Below, piece by piece: positions 22,243 through 31,470 of a stretch of 64,000 nucleotides of DNA (positions within the stretch are counted from its first letter, which is position 1; each line of letters starts with the position of its first letter). This stretch comes from Microcoleus sp. GTDB lineage: Bacteria > Cyanobacteriota > Cyanobacteriia > Cyanobacteriales > Microcoleaceae. The DNA lies in assembly GCA_042408215.1 (NCBI GenBank), contig JAYFMW010000030.1, positions 288,001 through 352,000 of the forward strand, given 5' to 3'. Under the pieces are notes generated by a model. It saw only the letters and a list, made by a program, of their open reading frames with translations. It was not told the origin of the DNA and searched no databases. A program made the position numbers and the translations under genes.

Positions 22243-23532
22243 ATGAGTAAAAACAAGAAAACAGCAAACGATCGAGCTTGGGAAACACTGTTTGAAAGGC
22301 ATAAGATATTAGAAGAGGTAGAAAAAAATGGTTTTTTTGAAATAGAATCGGCTCAAATTAATCAGGAAAGAGAAAGCAGGCTGATGGCCAAGTTCGATCA
22401 CTCTGTTAATTTGCCAGATATATTTCGAGACAATCATTTATCAATCTTGCCAATTTCTCGCTCTAAATATGCGATCGGGAAGTTTGCTACACACTTGAAA
22501 GTTGGATACGATCGTGAAATAGAAGTAATACCTGTTGAATTTCCAGCAGAGATAGAGAGTATAGATTACACAAATTTATATTCTGAAAGTTCGGCATTGC
22601 ACTGTGCATTTAATATCGGTATTATAGATGATTTAGTCGGTGAAAAAACAGCTTATACTGTTTCTGGGAGAATGTCTACAGAGTCTTTTGATTTTAACAT
22701 AAATCACCCCGCCAACAAACCATATTCAATCAAGGTGAAAAATTCTCAGTGTGAGATAGATGCAGGATTTGAAAGTGACAAATATTTTGTTTTGATCGAA
22801 GCTAAGAACTATGCCATAGACGATTTTTTGATTAGACAACTTTACTATCCCTACAGATTGTGGTCAAAAAAAATCACGAAAAAAGTGATTCCAGTATTGA
22901 TGACATACTCTAACGATGTTTTTAGTTTTTTTATTTATGAATTTAGCAACGATCGAGATTATAACTCTCTGAGACTGAGAGAACAAAAGAATTATACGAT
23001 CGCTCCCGAACAAATACTACGCAATGATGTTGCTCATGTGTTCAATAATATTGAAGTAATTGCAGAGCCTGATGTTCCCTTGCCACAAGCTGATAAATTT
23101 GAGAGAGTAGTAGATTTACTATCATTGTTATTAGAAAAAGATTTAACTCAGGATGATATTACAGAAAATTATGAGTTTAATGTCAGGCAGACGCAATATT
23201 ACACGGCTGCTGGTCGATATATTGGACTGATCGATAAATATCAAAACCCCGTAACTCGTAAAGTGACTTTTGGTTTAACGAATGAAGGTAGGTCAATATT
23301 AGGTATGAGGCACAAGCTAAAATATCTAGCTTTAATTAAAAAGATTCTCGAACATGAAGTTTTTCATCAAGTATTTGAGTTAACGTTCGACGGGGGAGAA
23401 ATTCCGTCAAAAGATGCAATTTGTCAAGTAATATCAAAATATCACTTACAAATCCAGGATACAACTATAGAAAGGCGTTACTGTACTGTCCGAAGCTGGG
23501 TCAGTTGGATTTTGTCACAGTTCAAAGATTAA
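22243..23532 (+). CDS. Putative type II restriction endonuclease (PD-(D/E)xK)
   Basis: QCEIDAGFE...LIEAK catalytic-type motif, RQLYYPYR, RQTQYY; follows the Dam-like MTase on the same strand. Confidence 0.75.
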   Translation: MSKNKKTANDRAWETLFERHKILEEVEKNGFFEIESAQINQERESRLMAKFDHSVNLPDIFRDNHLSILPISRSKYAIGKFATHLKVGYDREIEVIPVEFPAEIESIDYTNLYSESSALHCAFNIGIIDDLVGEKTAYTVSGRMSTESFDFNINHPANKPYSIKVKNSQCEIDAGFESDKYFVLIEAKNYAIDDFLIRQLYYPYRLWSKKITKKVIPVLMTYSNDVFSFFIYEFSNDRDYNSLRLREQKNYTIAPEQILRNDVAHVFNNIEVIAEPDVPLPQADKFERVVDLLSLLLEKDLTQDDITENYEFNVRQTQYYTAAGRYIGLIDKYQNPVTRKVTFGLTNEGRSILGMRHKLKYLALIKKILEHEVFHQVFELTFDGGEIPSKDAICQVISKYHLQIQDTTIERRYCTVRSWVSWILSQFKD

Positions 23533-23741
23533 AAGTAGTAGAAATTACGCACAGACTCTACTTGTAGGGTGCTGATAGTTGCACCTTACTACATAGATAT
23601 GGGTTGAGAAGCCATTCCGAGCCAACTGCCAGATCGCCTCTAACCGACTAATTTAGCTCCGACTTTTGCTAAACTTGTCGAACTCGCTCATAAGTGTTAC
23701 CAGTTAAAGATGAAACTGTGACATCTTCACCCACCAAGCCC

Positions 23742-23945
23742 ATGCAAGATTTTATTAATAACGTCTCTCGTTACCCCCGGTTTTTCATTACAATCTGTCT
23801 CGGAATCTTCTTTTTCCTGTTCGAGCGACTCAAACCTCTGCTCGCTCGACCCGCCACTGCGATCGCCCTTGTGAGTTCGATCGTAGCCACCTTCGTCTTT
23901 CTAACTTTTACACTGCGGGCTATGTTAGGTTTGAGCCCGGTTTAA
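23742..23945 (+). CDS. DUF751 family protein
   Basis: FINNVSRYPRFFIT...TLRAMLG signature. Confidence 0.88.
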   Translation: MQDFINNVSRYPRFFITICLGIFFFLFERLKPLLARPATAIALVSSIVATFVFLTFTLRAMLGLSPV

Positions 23946-24487
23946 GGGGAAGCTGAACAGGAAAAAAGGCAGACAAGTCAGATTACCAAGACAAGAGAGA
24001 AGCCAGCCTCTGGTCGATCGCGGGAGAGGGGAATTGACGAATTTTGATTTTTGAGTTAAAACACCAACTCCCGAATTAACAGCCAATTCCTTGGCGATCG
24101 CACACTTACCAATAGTCACTGCGATAGATTGGAAGAGGAGATCTAGATTAAGAAAGGATGGCTAGTCCTGAAGTGAGGCCCCTTTCGTAGAAGGGGCCGT
24201 TCCCCTACCTTGAAACAGGAATTAGACACCCATCTATTTAGGGCTCTGCTTTAAATAGGTTTGGATAGGAAGTTAGTCAGCTAGTTACGTCAGTGACCAT
24301 CAAACAGGCTCTGGCGAAGATCGCATCGTGCAGGATAGGCGTTTCCGGCTATCAACAGGAACGGGGAAATACTGCACTTCTGTTTCCCCACTTTCCCACT
24401 TAATTCTTAGGAAGCGGCACACCCCGCCCCGCTTTCCTCTCCCGTTAACCTGACGGTATCACGAGAGTTTCCAGCGGAAAAAAACAG

Positions 24488-24865
24488 ATGAAATTTGAAC
24501 ATATCTATCAATTCTTTCAAGACCCCCCTCCTGTTTATCTAAACAAGGAACTAGCAGTCTGTTACATTCTCTCCGTCTTGTTGCGCGGAGATTCCTACGG
24601 AACAGAACTGATCGGACAACTAGAGAGGGAATTCCCCATCTACCGACTTTCTGACACAGTGCTCTACAGCGCTCTCAAATTCCTCGAAGATGAAGCGGTC
24701 ATCACGGGTTACTGGAAAAAAGTAGAAGGACGTGGCCGCCCCCGCCGGATGTATCAAATCTTCCCCGATTGGCGACATCAAGCTCAAGACCTCGCTCGTC
24801 TCTGGCATGATTACATCGGTCAGGGAAGTGGCCTTTCTGGGCGTCGCCACCGCAGTATGTCATAA
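24488..24865 (+). CDS. pex: PadR-family circadian period extender Pex
   Basis: YLNKELAVCYIL, SYGTELI, LSDTVLY, GRGRPRRMY. Confidence 0.88.
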   Translation: MKFEHIYQFFQDPPPVYLNKELAVCYILSVLLRGDSYGTELIGQLEREFPIYRLSDTVLYSALKFLEDEAVITGYWKKVEGRGRPRRMYQIFPDWRHQAQDLARLWHDYIGQGSGLSGRRHRSMS

Positions 24866-25143
24866 GTCGAAGGAAGAAGGAAGAAGGAAGAAGGAAGAAG
24901 GTAAACGCCAAAAAGGGCACGGCAGTGCCGATGCCCCTACATCCTACGCTCTGTTACCGGGGAGCGGAGATGTTATCAAAGAGCGCTTTCTGCGATTTTT
25001 TGCCAGTATGCGATCGAAGAGGTGTCTGCGTAAATTCTCAAAACTTTTCTGCTACATAAGGATGAGCTGTCCCGCATCTAAATTGAACCTGTTATCGAAG
25101 AGTTGGGGCGAGGCTCTGAGTGCCCACCCCACAAGAATTTCAT

Positions 25144-25526
25144 CACAATTTTGGGTTTGAAACCCCGTGCTTGTAGCACGGCTTTACGTTTTGTGCTAGA
25201 ATACACATGGTCACTGACCAACCCGCGACGATGGAGACATAAAGCTTAACACCAAAGTTTGCTATCAACTTAGCAACGGCGAAGAAAAATCGGTAGACCG
25301 GGAAAAGAGGAGAGGGCAATGGGCAGTCCACCCCTTGAATCAAACTAAAACAGAGAATTCCTTTTTGGTATTCGATACATAAGAACCGCGCTCGCTAGCG
25401 GGAATAGTCTGTGGAGCGAACATAAGACCATAAAACTCCTTGTGGGTGGAGGCAGTTGCTAGGTCGCAGAAACTCAAATCGTGAGGTTTGGGAATCCCCG
25501 ACCGTTCACGGCGGGGAGGATGTCAA
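25144..25526 (+). mobile_element. Non-autonomous IS200/IS605-derived mini-element (both ends, no intact ORF)
   Basis: Left end CACAATTTTGGGTTTGAAACCCCGTGCTTGTAGCACGGCTTT and right end GAATCCCCG...CGGGGAGGATGTCAA resemble the ends of 29035-30351. Confidence 0.75.
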
Positions 25527-25844
25527 CAAACTTGACTGTCCTTCGGCTCCGCGGTTCCTGAGCGTATTCGAAGGGCAGGAATGGTTCGACTACGCACGCG
25601 CCTACCGCCGCGTAGTCGAAGGGCAGGAACCGAAGTGATGTCAAAGAGAGTTGTCGAAGAGTTAGATGTGCTTCAGCTTACCCTTAGCTGTTTGTCAAAG
25701 AGAGTGCTACCCGCGCGCGATCGCGGGTTGTTGTCGAAGAGGTGAATAGGTTTTCATAGACCCTCAACGATGATCCTTGGGCCTTTTTGTGTAAATTTAT
25801 GTAAACTCAAAGTAGAGAATTCCAATTACACAAATTTATACCTG

Positions 25845-26378
25845 ATGAATACTGCTGTTCTTCCATCAACCTTTGTGCTGACGCTGCTGTTGGCTGTAGG
25901 CTTGTTTTTCTTCATCAAGGCTTCTGTCAAAGACCGAACCGAACAAGTCAAACTCTCTTCCGACAGTGCCCAAGAGTCACTGTTAACCCAGCTACAACAG
26001 TATTTTTCCGATCGAGCTTACCGAGTTGCAGCCGTCGATGCTCCTAACTACCAAGTCACTTTTGAAGGCTTTGTGCGGCCGAGTTGGTTTTTAGCTATTT
26101 TTTTAACCATGCTGAGTGCTGGCGGTACTCTGTGCCTGGGACTGGTTTTGGCAATGCTAGTTCCCCAGAATGGTCAATTTTTTCTCGCTTTGGTACTGCT
26201 GTCCCCGCTGGCGGGAATATTTTACTGGAAAAAAGCTGGACGCTCCGAGCAAGTCTCTCTCAAACTCGAATCAGTTGCTGAGTCGGGAAGCCAAACCAAG
26301 AGTTTAATTACTGTCAGAGCTCATCGCGACGAACTAGCAGCGATGCAAAAGGCTTTGGATTTGAAACCCGTAAGGTGA
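25845..26378 (+). CDS. ccb1: Cofactor assembly of complex C subunit B (CCB1/DUF3529)
   Basis: STFVLTLLLAVGLFFFIKASVKDR, FEGFVRPS, YWKKAGR, AHRDEL. Confidence 0.88.
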   Translation: MNTAVLPSTFVLTLLLAVGLFFFIKASVKDRTEQVKLSSDSAQESLLTQLQQYFSDRAYRVAAVDAPNYQVTFEGFVRPSWFLAIFLTMLSAGGTLCLGLVLAMLVPQNGQFFLALVLLSPLAGIFYWKKAGRSEQVSLKLESVAESGSQTKSLITVRAHRDELAAMQKALDLKPVR

Positions 26379-27822
26379 ACTACCCACCGTCAACGGTCGT
26401 ACCAGTATGACGGGGGCTTCCAATTTCAACCGGAACAGCATCCAGGAAGACCGAAATCTTCCCAGGTTGACTTACATTCCGTCCATTGGCAGCAGCACTA
26501 GTTCCTAATGCCAGAAACCGCAAGGCTTCATCCCTAATGTTTTTCGCCGCATTGATGTCTCTATCGTTACTGCTATGACACTTAGGGCAATCCCAATGAC
26601 GCAGGTTCAAAGGCATTTCTGATACTTTGTGGAAGCAATTATTACAAGTCTTAGAGCTCGGGAAAAAGCGATCTATTTCGATGTAGATCTTGCCTAATTT
26701 CTCAGCCTTATACTTGAGCATTGTCCCAAACATTCCCCATGCAGCATCGCTAATTGCTTTGGCTAAACAGTGATTGCGTACCATACCTTTGACCTTGAGA
26801 TTTTCTACTGCAATAAATTGGTTTTCGTCTACTATCTTGCGGGATAGTTTGTGCAGAAAATCGACCCGGACCCTCTTGATTCTTGAATGAACTCTGGCTA
26901 CTAATCTTTTAGCCTTGTATCTGGTGTTACTCCCTTTTTGTTTTCGACTTAGTTTTTGCTGCTTGCGCTTTAGATTCCGGCTGTGTTTCTTGAGATGCTT
27001 AGGGTTGACATACTTACTGCCATCACTGGTAACGCAAAAATCAATCAAGCCTACATCCAAGCCAATCGCCTTACCATCCTCTCTAGTTTCTGGTGCATCT
27101 TGTCCATCATCAACCAAGATCGAAGCGTAGTATTTACCATCAGTATTTTTGGTTAGGGTAACGGTTTTGACCGTGCCATCTAACGGTCGATGAATCCGGC
27201 AATGCACCTCACCAATAATTGGCAACTTGATGAAGCTATCACCTACTTTAACGTTCTGAGGATAACTAATAGACTGTCTACCATGCTTCGATTTGAAGCT
27301 AGGAAAACCACCTCGTTTATCAAAGAAGTTTTTGTAAGCAGTAGATAAGTTCAGCGCAACTACTTGGAGTGATTGAGAATAAGCATTGGTTAACCAAGGG
27401 TATTCCTTTTTGAGAGCAGGGAGTAATCCTTGAATCGCACTTCTGCCTAGTCCTTTACCAGTATCTTTGTAGGTTTGCTGGCACAGATTCAAGCTGTAAT
27501 TCCAGAACCAACGACAACAACCGAAAGCACCCGCAAAATACGTCTGCTGTTCGGTTGTTGGGTAGATTCGGAATTTGTAGGCTTGATACATTATCAGTTA
27601 TCGACATCTCTGCTAATATTGTACCAAGGATGCTGGGAAAATACAAGGAATTTGCGATGCCCTTCCTCGTAGTCGAAGGGTTCGTTTCCTCATACACCGC
27701 CCATGATTGTCGCTCTCGACGAAAAGTCGATTTGGTCGGCGGTGCAATCGTCTTCTCACGAGCCGCCCGTCCCGCCGAAGACAGTGAGTACACCTATAGC
27801 GGGGGAATTCCCGTCTGTCCAG
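26375..27822 (-). mobile_element. IS200/IS605-family element (tnpB only)
   Basis: Right end ...GGGTAGTTCAC; removal restores ccb1 end CCC GTA AGT TAA; left boundary inferred from this. Confidence 0.7.
26380..27591 (-). CDS. tnpB: RNA-guided endonuclease TnpB
   Basis: AYKFRIYP, IGLDVG, AVENL, CxxC...CxxC, DRDINAA: RuvC D/E/D intact. Confidence 0.95.
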   Translation of the reverse strand: MYQAYKFRIYPTTEQQTYFAGAFGCCRWFWNYSLNLCQQTYKDTGKGLGRSAIQGLLPALKKEYPWLTNAYSQSLQVVALNLSTAYKNFFDKRGGFPSFKSKHGRQSISYPQNVKVGDSFIKLPIIGEVHCRIHRPLDGTVKTVTLTKNTDGKYYASILVDDGQDAPETREDGKAIGLDVGLIDFCVTSDGSKYVNPKHLKKHSRNLKRKQQKLSRKQKGSNTRYKAKRLVARVHSRIKRVRVDFLHKLSRKIVDENQFIAVENLKVKGMVRNHCLAKAISDAAWGMFGTMLKYKAEKLGKIYIEIDRFFPSSKTCNNCFHKVSEMPLNLRHWDCPKCHSSNDRDINAAKNIRDEALRFLALGTSAAANGRNVSQPGKISVFLDAVPVEIGSPRHTGTTVDGG

Positions 27823-28069
27823 TTAAAAGTTTAGCGCCGAACATTTTCCGATCAGCTTTATGCCCTAACTTAGACTTTAAACAGAGAAGCCGATCGATGC
27901 TCGTTTTCCAATACAAGTACACAACTTGGTGAAGTATTCGTGGCTTCTACTTGATTTTCTTGTATTTTGGCTTTAATGGGCGAATCAGGGAGAAAATTTT
28001 CGCTTTTTCTCTTCTTGATGCTCCTCTAAAAGAGAATTTGAGAGAAAAAGATTACTTTTTTTTGCTTGA

Positions 28070-28891
28070 TTATCTGGAAACTATTTTATTAACTAACCGA
28101 TCAATTAAGCCTGTATTGTAATAGGAACTACAGATTTGAGCAATTTTATTTTCTGGATAATTACAGTTCCGAAAACTGATAATATTACCATAGACTGCAT
28201 CAGGAGGAAAAAGGGCATCTATATCTAAATCTATGGCTTGTAAATCAAAGAGTTTTTCTTGAGTCTTGGGGGCATAATCTATCATTATACTAGAACTATA
28301 ACCACATTTTCTTAAGATCTTTAATGATTCTTTAGTACCATCAAAAAACTGAGGAGCCCAACCTTTATCACCTTTGCGTCTGTTGACTCCTCCTCCATAT
28401 TCAAACATGATGATTGAGGGAAGTAAAGATTCTGATAATTCTGGTAATTGTTTAATTACTGAATATTCCCAACCTTCAATATCTAATTTTAAACAGGTGA
28501 CTTTTTCGGCTTTAATTCTGTTCAGCAATTCAGCTAAAGTTAGGGCTTGAACTTCTTTAGACTCGGTAGAAGAACCAAACCATTCCGGTGATAATGAATT
28601 AAAATTTTGATTAAATATACCTGCAAATTTACCTAAATATAATGTTTGCTTGCCATTCCGATCTGACAGGCAACTTTCCATTAAATTAATGTTGTTATTT
28701 TGGCAAATTTGACGTAACTTTTTGACTGGTAAAGGTTCAACTGCAATAGTATAAAAACCTAATTTGGCAAAAATTTCACAATAAAAAGCAAATGTTCCTA
28801 CTCCTACATCAAGACAAACACCTTTTTGACTAGGATCGACTATTGGGAGAATTTCGGCTAATAATGACTGACAACAGGGTTCAACACGCAT
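28070..28891 (-). CDS. FkbM family SAM-dependent methyltransferase
   Basis: LDVGVG, AVEP, LKLDIEGWE; AT-rich. Confidence 0.85.
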   Translation of the reverse strand: MRVEPCCQSLLAEILPIVDPSQKGVCLDVGVGTFAFYCEIFAKLGFYTIAVEPLPVKKLRQICQNNNINLMESCLSDRNGKQTLYLGKFAGIFNQNFNSLSPEWFGSSTESKEVQALTLAELLNRIKAEKVTCLKLDIEGWEYSVIKQLPELSESLLPSIIMFEYGGGVNRRKGDKGWAPQFFDGTKESLKILRKCGYSSSIMIDYAPKTQEKLFDLQAIDLDIDALFPPDAVYGNIISFRNCNYPENKIAQICSSYYNTGLIDRLVNKIVSR

Positions 28892-29034
28892 ATTCAAGAT
28901 CAGGGGGATTTGGTTAATTAAATTATACTATACAAGGATAATTGAGAGAGGAAATTGTCTGAAGTTTTTCTACCTACGACATTCAAATAACGCACATGAC
29001 CATTTTTGGCTGGCATTTGATCTAAGTTTCCTAC

Positions 29035-30351
29035 TTGACATACTCACCGCCCTAAAAGTGCGGTGATTCTTGACGCTTCTTTGAGGTCTGCTACCGAAAT
29101 AGTCTTACGTCCCCTCTGCGTCCATTTATAGTCGTGGCAATGCCCTATCCCGACTTTGTTTATATTTTTGGCTGCGTTTTCATCTCTATCGTGAGTTGTA
29201 CCGCAGTTTAAACAGGTAATAGTTCTGACTTTGAGGTCTAATTTACCCCATCGATAGTCACATTTAGAACAGACTTGGCTGGTTGGTTCCCATCGACTAA
29301 TTACCCTAAACTCCCGACTAAATTTGTCGCATTTAGCTTGACAAAGGACTCTAAATTCTCTCCATCCCTGCCTGCTAATCGCTCTGGCTAAGCGCCGATT
29401 CTTAACCATGCCCGACACATTGAGGTCTTCCAAAACAAGAACTTGGTTTTCCTTGACTATTTTGGTTGATAGTTTGTGCAAAAAGTCTTTGCGGGTATCG
29501 GCAATTTGATTGTGCAACTTCGCAATTTGAATGCGGGTCTTATAACGGCGTTTTGAGTCTTTTTGTTGCCGAGCTAACCTGTGCTGCAACTTCCTGATTT
29601 TACGCTCTGATTTTGAGTATTCTGGACTTTTAAGCTGGGTTCCGTCGCTGAAAGTAGCGAAGGTTTTTATACCCAAATCAATGCCCATTGAAGGATTGAT
29701 GGGCTCTGAATATTGAGGTTCGACATCTACTACAAAACTTAGAAAATATCGATTTGCACAGTCCTTAATTACCGTTACCGAGCTAGGTTCTGAGGGCAAT
29801 TCCCTAGACCTAATAGGACTGACCACCCCTATTTTTGCCAAGTAAACTTGAGTTCCTTTAAGGGAAAACCCAGACTTAGCAAACTCGGCAGATTGACTGT
29901 TGGTCTTCTTCTTAAACTTAGGCGCTCCAACTTTCCCCCCTTTTCTCTTGCCCTTATGGGAATCAAAAAAGTTCTTGTAAGCCTTGGCTAGATGCCTCAA
30001 AGACTGCTGCAAAGGAACAGACGAAACATCGTTTAACCAAACTCTTTTTTCGGTCTTTTTGGTACTGGTTAATAGTGCAGATAGTTGGTTGTAGTTTGGC
30101 AGTTTGTCAGCAGATTTGCACAAAGCTAAGGCATCATTCCAGACCACTCTCACACAACCAAACAACTGAGCTAAGCTCAATCGCTGTTGGTCTGTGGGGT
30201 AGAATCTGTACTGATATCTTGCTTTCATCGGAAAATCTGTAAGCCTCGTTTTTATTGTACAATATATTACACTGATCTGCCACAAATATCTGGGAAAAAT
30301 ACAATACTAAAAGCCGTCCTAGAAGGACGGGGTTTTAGACCCAATTTTCTG
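29035..30351 (-). mobile_element. IS200/IS605-family (IS1341-like, tnpB only) element
   Basis: Left end CAGAAAATTGGGTCTAAAACCCCGTCCTTCTAGGACGG, right end GCGGTGAGTATGTCAA, no target duplication. Confidence 0.88.
29044..30228 (-). CDS. tnpB: RNA-guided endonuclease TnpB
   Basis: MKARYQYRFYP, GIDLG, VLEDL, CxxC...CxxC, DRDENAA intact. Confidence 0.95.
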   Translation of the reverse strand: MKARYQYRFYPTDQQRLSLAQLFGCVRVVWNDALALCKSADKLPNYNQLSALLTSTKKTEKRVWLNDVSSVPLQQSLRHLAKAYKNFFDSHKGKRKGGKVGAPKFKKKTNSQSAEFAKSGFSLKGTQVYLAKIGVVSPIRSRELPSEPSSVTVIKDCANRYFLSFVVDVEPQYSEPINPSMGIDLGIKTFATFSDGTQLKSPEYSKSERKIRKLQHRLARQQKDSKRRYKTRIQIAKLHNQIADTRKDFLHKLSTKIVKENQVLVLEDLNVSGMVKNRRLARAISRQGWREFRVLCQAKCDKFSREFRVISRWEPTSQVCSKCDYRWGKLDLKVRTITCLNCGTTHDRDENAAKNINKVGIGHCHDYKWTQRGRKTISVADLKEASRITALLGR

Positions 30352-30766
30352 ATAATTATAACCTAAATCCTCAAGGAATAAAACAATATCTCTCAATGTT
30401 GCCTGTTCATAAAGTTGATCTATGGATATTTCAATTATACAAGCTGAGGCTTTTTTTAAGGTTTCTAGTCCTCCTTTAATTACTCTATCCTCAGCTCCGG
30501 GCTTTCGGGTCTAAGTTGGCTGCTCGCGAGCAGCCACAAAAAATCGAAAAAAAGTCACTATCCTGAGAGTGCCCACTGTGACGATCGCCCCAAGGACGAT
30601 CATTCTTGCTGCGATCGCTCCTTACACGCTTTTTTTCTAAGCACTTTTCGCTCTGATTTGCAGGTGGCACCCTCGAGACAATGAACATTTCCGCGCTTTG
30701 AAAGGAAAAGTTACAGAAACATTGCTGTCAATGTTTTGAGAACGGCCTCTTCGATAAACAACTCAG

Positions 30767-31090
30767 CTAAGCGCGACTAGCTGACACCGCAGGGATTTTT
30801 TCTGCGGTGGATTCCAACATCAGCTTTAAGCTGGGAAACAAGAAATGGTTTTCTTCTACGTATTGAGCTCCAAATAAACCTTTTTCAGCCCAGAAGTATC
30901 GATCGGTGGTATGCTCGTTTCGTTTGACCAACAGCAAAGCTGGGGGAGCAATGCCTTCGGCATGGATAAACTTGCGGGCTGCTGTTACGGGTTTATCTTC
31001 GCCACTCTCGATGCTATATTGAGGGACACACTCTAAAATTCTGCGTCCTTCTTGTCGGCGGCGACTTTTGCGCTTGCGTCTCCTGGCCAA
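30767..31090 (-). CDS. DUF3155 domain protein
   Basis: ARRRKRKSRRRQEGRRILE...EHTTDRYFWAEKGLFGAQY; TTG start after GAGG. Confidence 0.88.
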   Translation of the reverse strand: MARRRKRKSRRRQEGRRILECVPQYSIESGEDKPVTAARKFIHAEGIAPPALLLVKRNEHTTDRYFWAEKGLFGAQYVEENHFLFPSLKLMLESTAEKIPAVSASRA

Positions 31091-31470
31091 TTTCTTTACC
31101 TCCTCTGTGAGCAGACAGGTTGTAATGATAGCTACCAAATCCGAGGCCAGTATATCTGTTTTTGCTCTAAAGATCAACTTGTTTTAATATATCGACACAA
31201 TCTGAACATTGGTAATTATTCACAAAAGTGTTGCTGTTGAGGTGAGGAGGGCCGAAAGTTCAAACCAGAAAAAGGTTGGGTAGTGGTGAAAAGTAGACTT
31301 AGAGAGGGTTGGCCATTGCTCAGGGTCCCCCTCGCGCTCAGTACGCGATCGAGAGGCTTCACCAGTCAGGGAGCGGCAGAAACCTAGAATTTTGCAGTTC
31401 TCATCTGTAATCGGCGATTGACAAGTTGTAATTTACTGAGAATTCCGTTAGATATCTTAATGTGGCGCTC

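Larger units (their letters stand above)
28920..30490 (-). pseudogene. 3' fragment of a second FkbM-like methyltransferase split by the IS element
   Basis: DRVIKGGLETLKKASACIIEIS...LGYNY (30490-30352) continues in frame as VGNLDQ...GHVRY below 29035. Confidence 0.65.

Noticed and set aside
27555..27932. tnpA beside the first tnpB
   Set aside because: No HUH or catalytic Tyr motif recognisable; at most a short eroded remnant.
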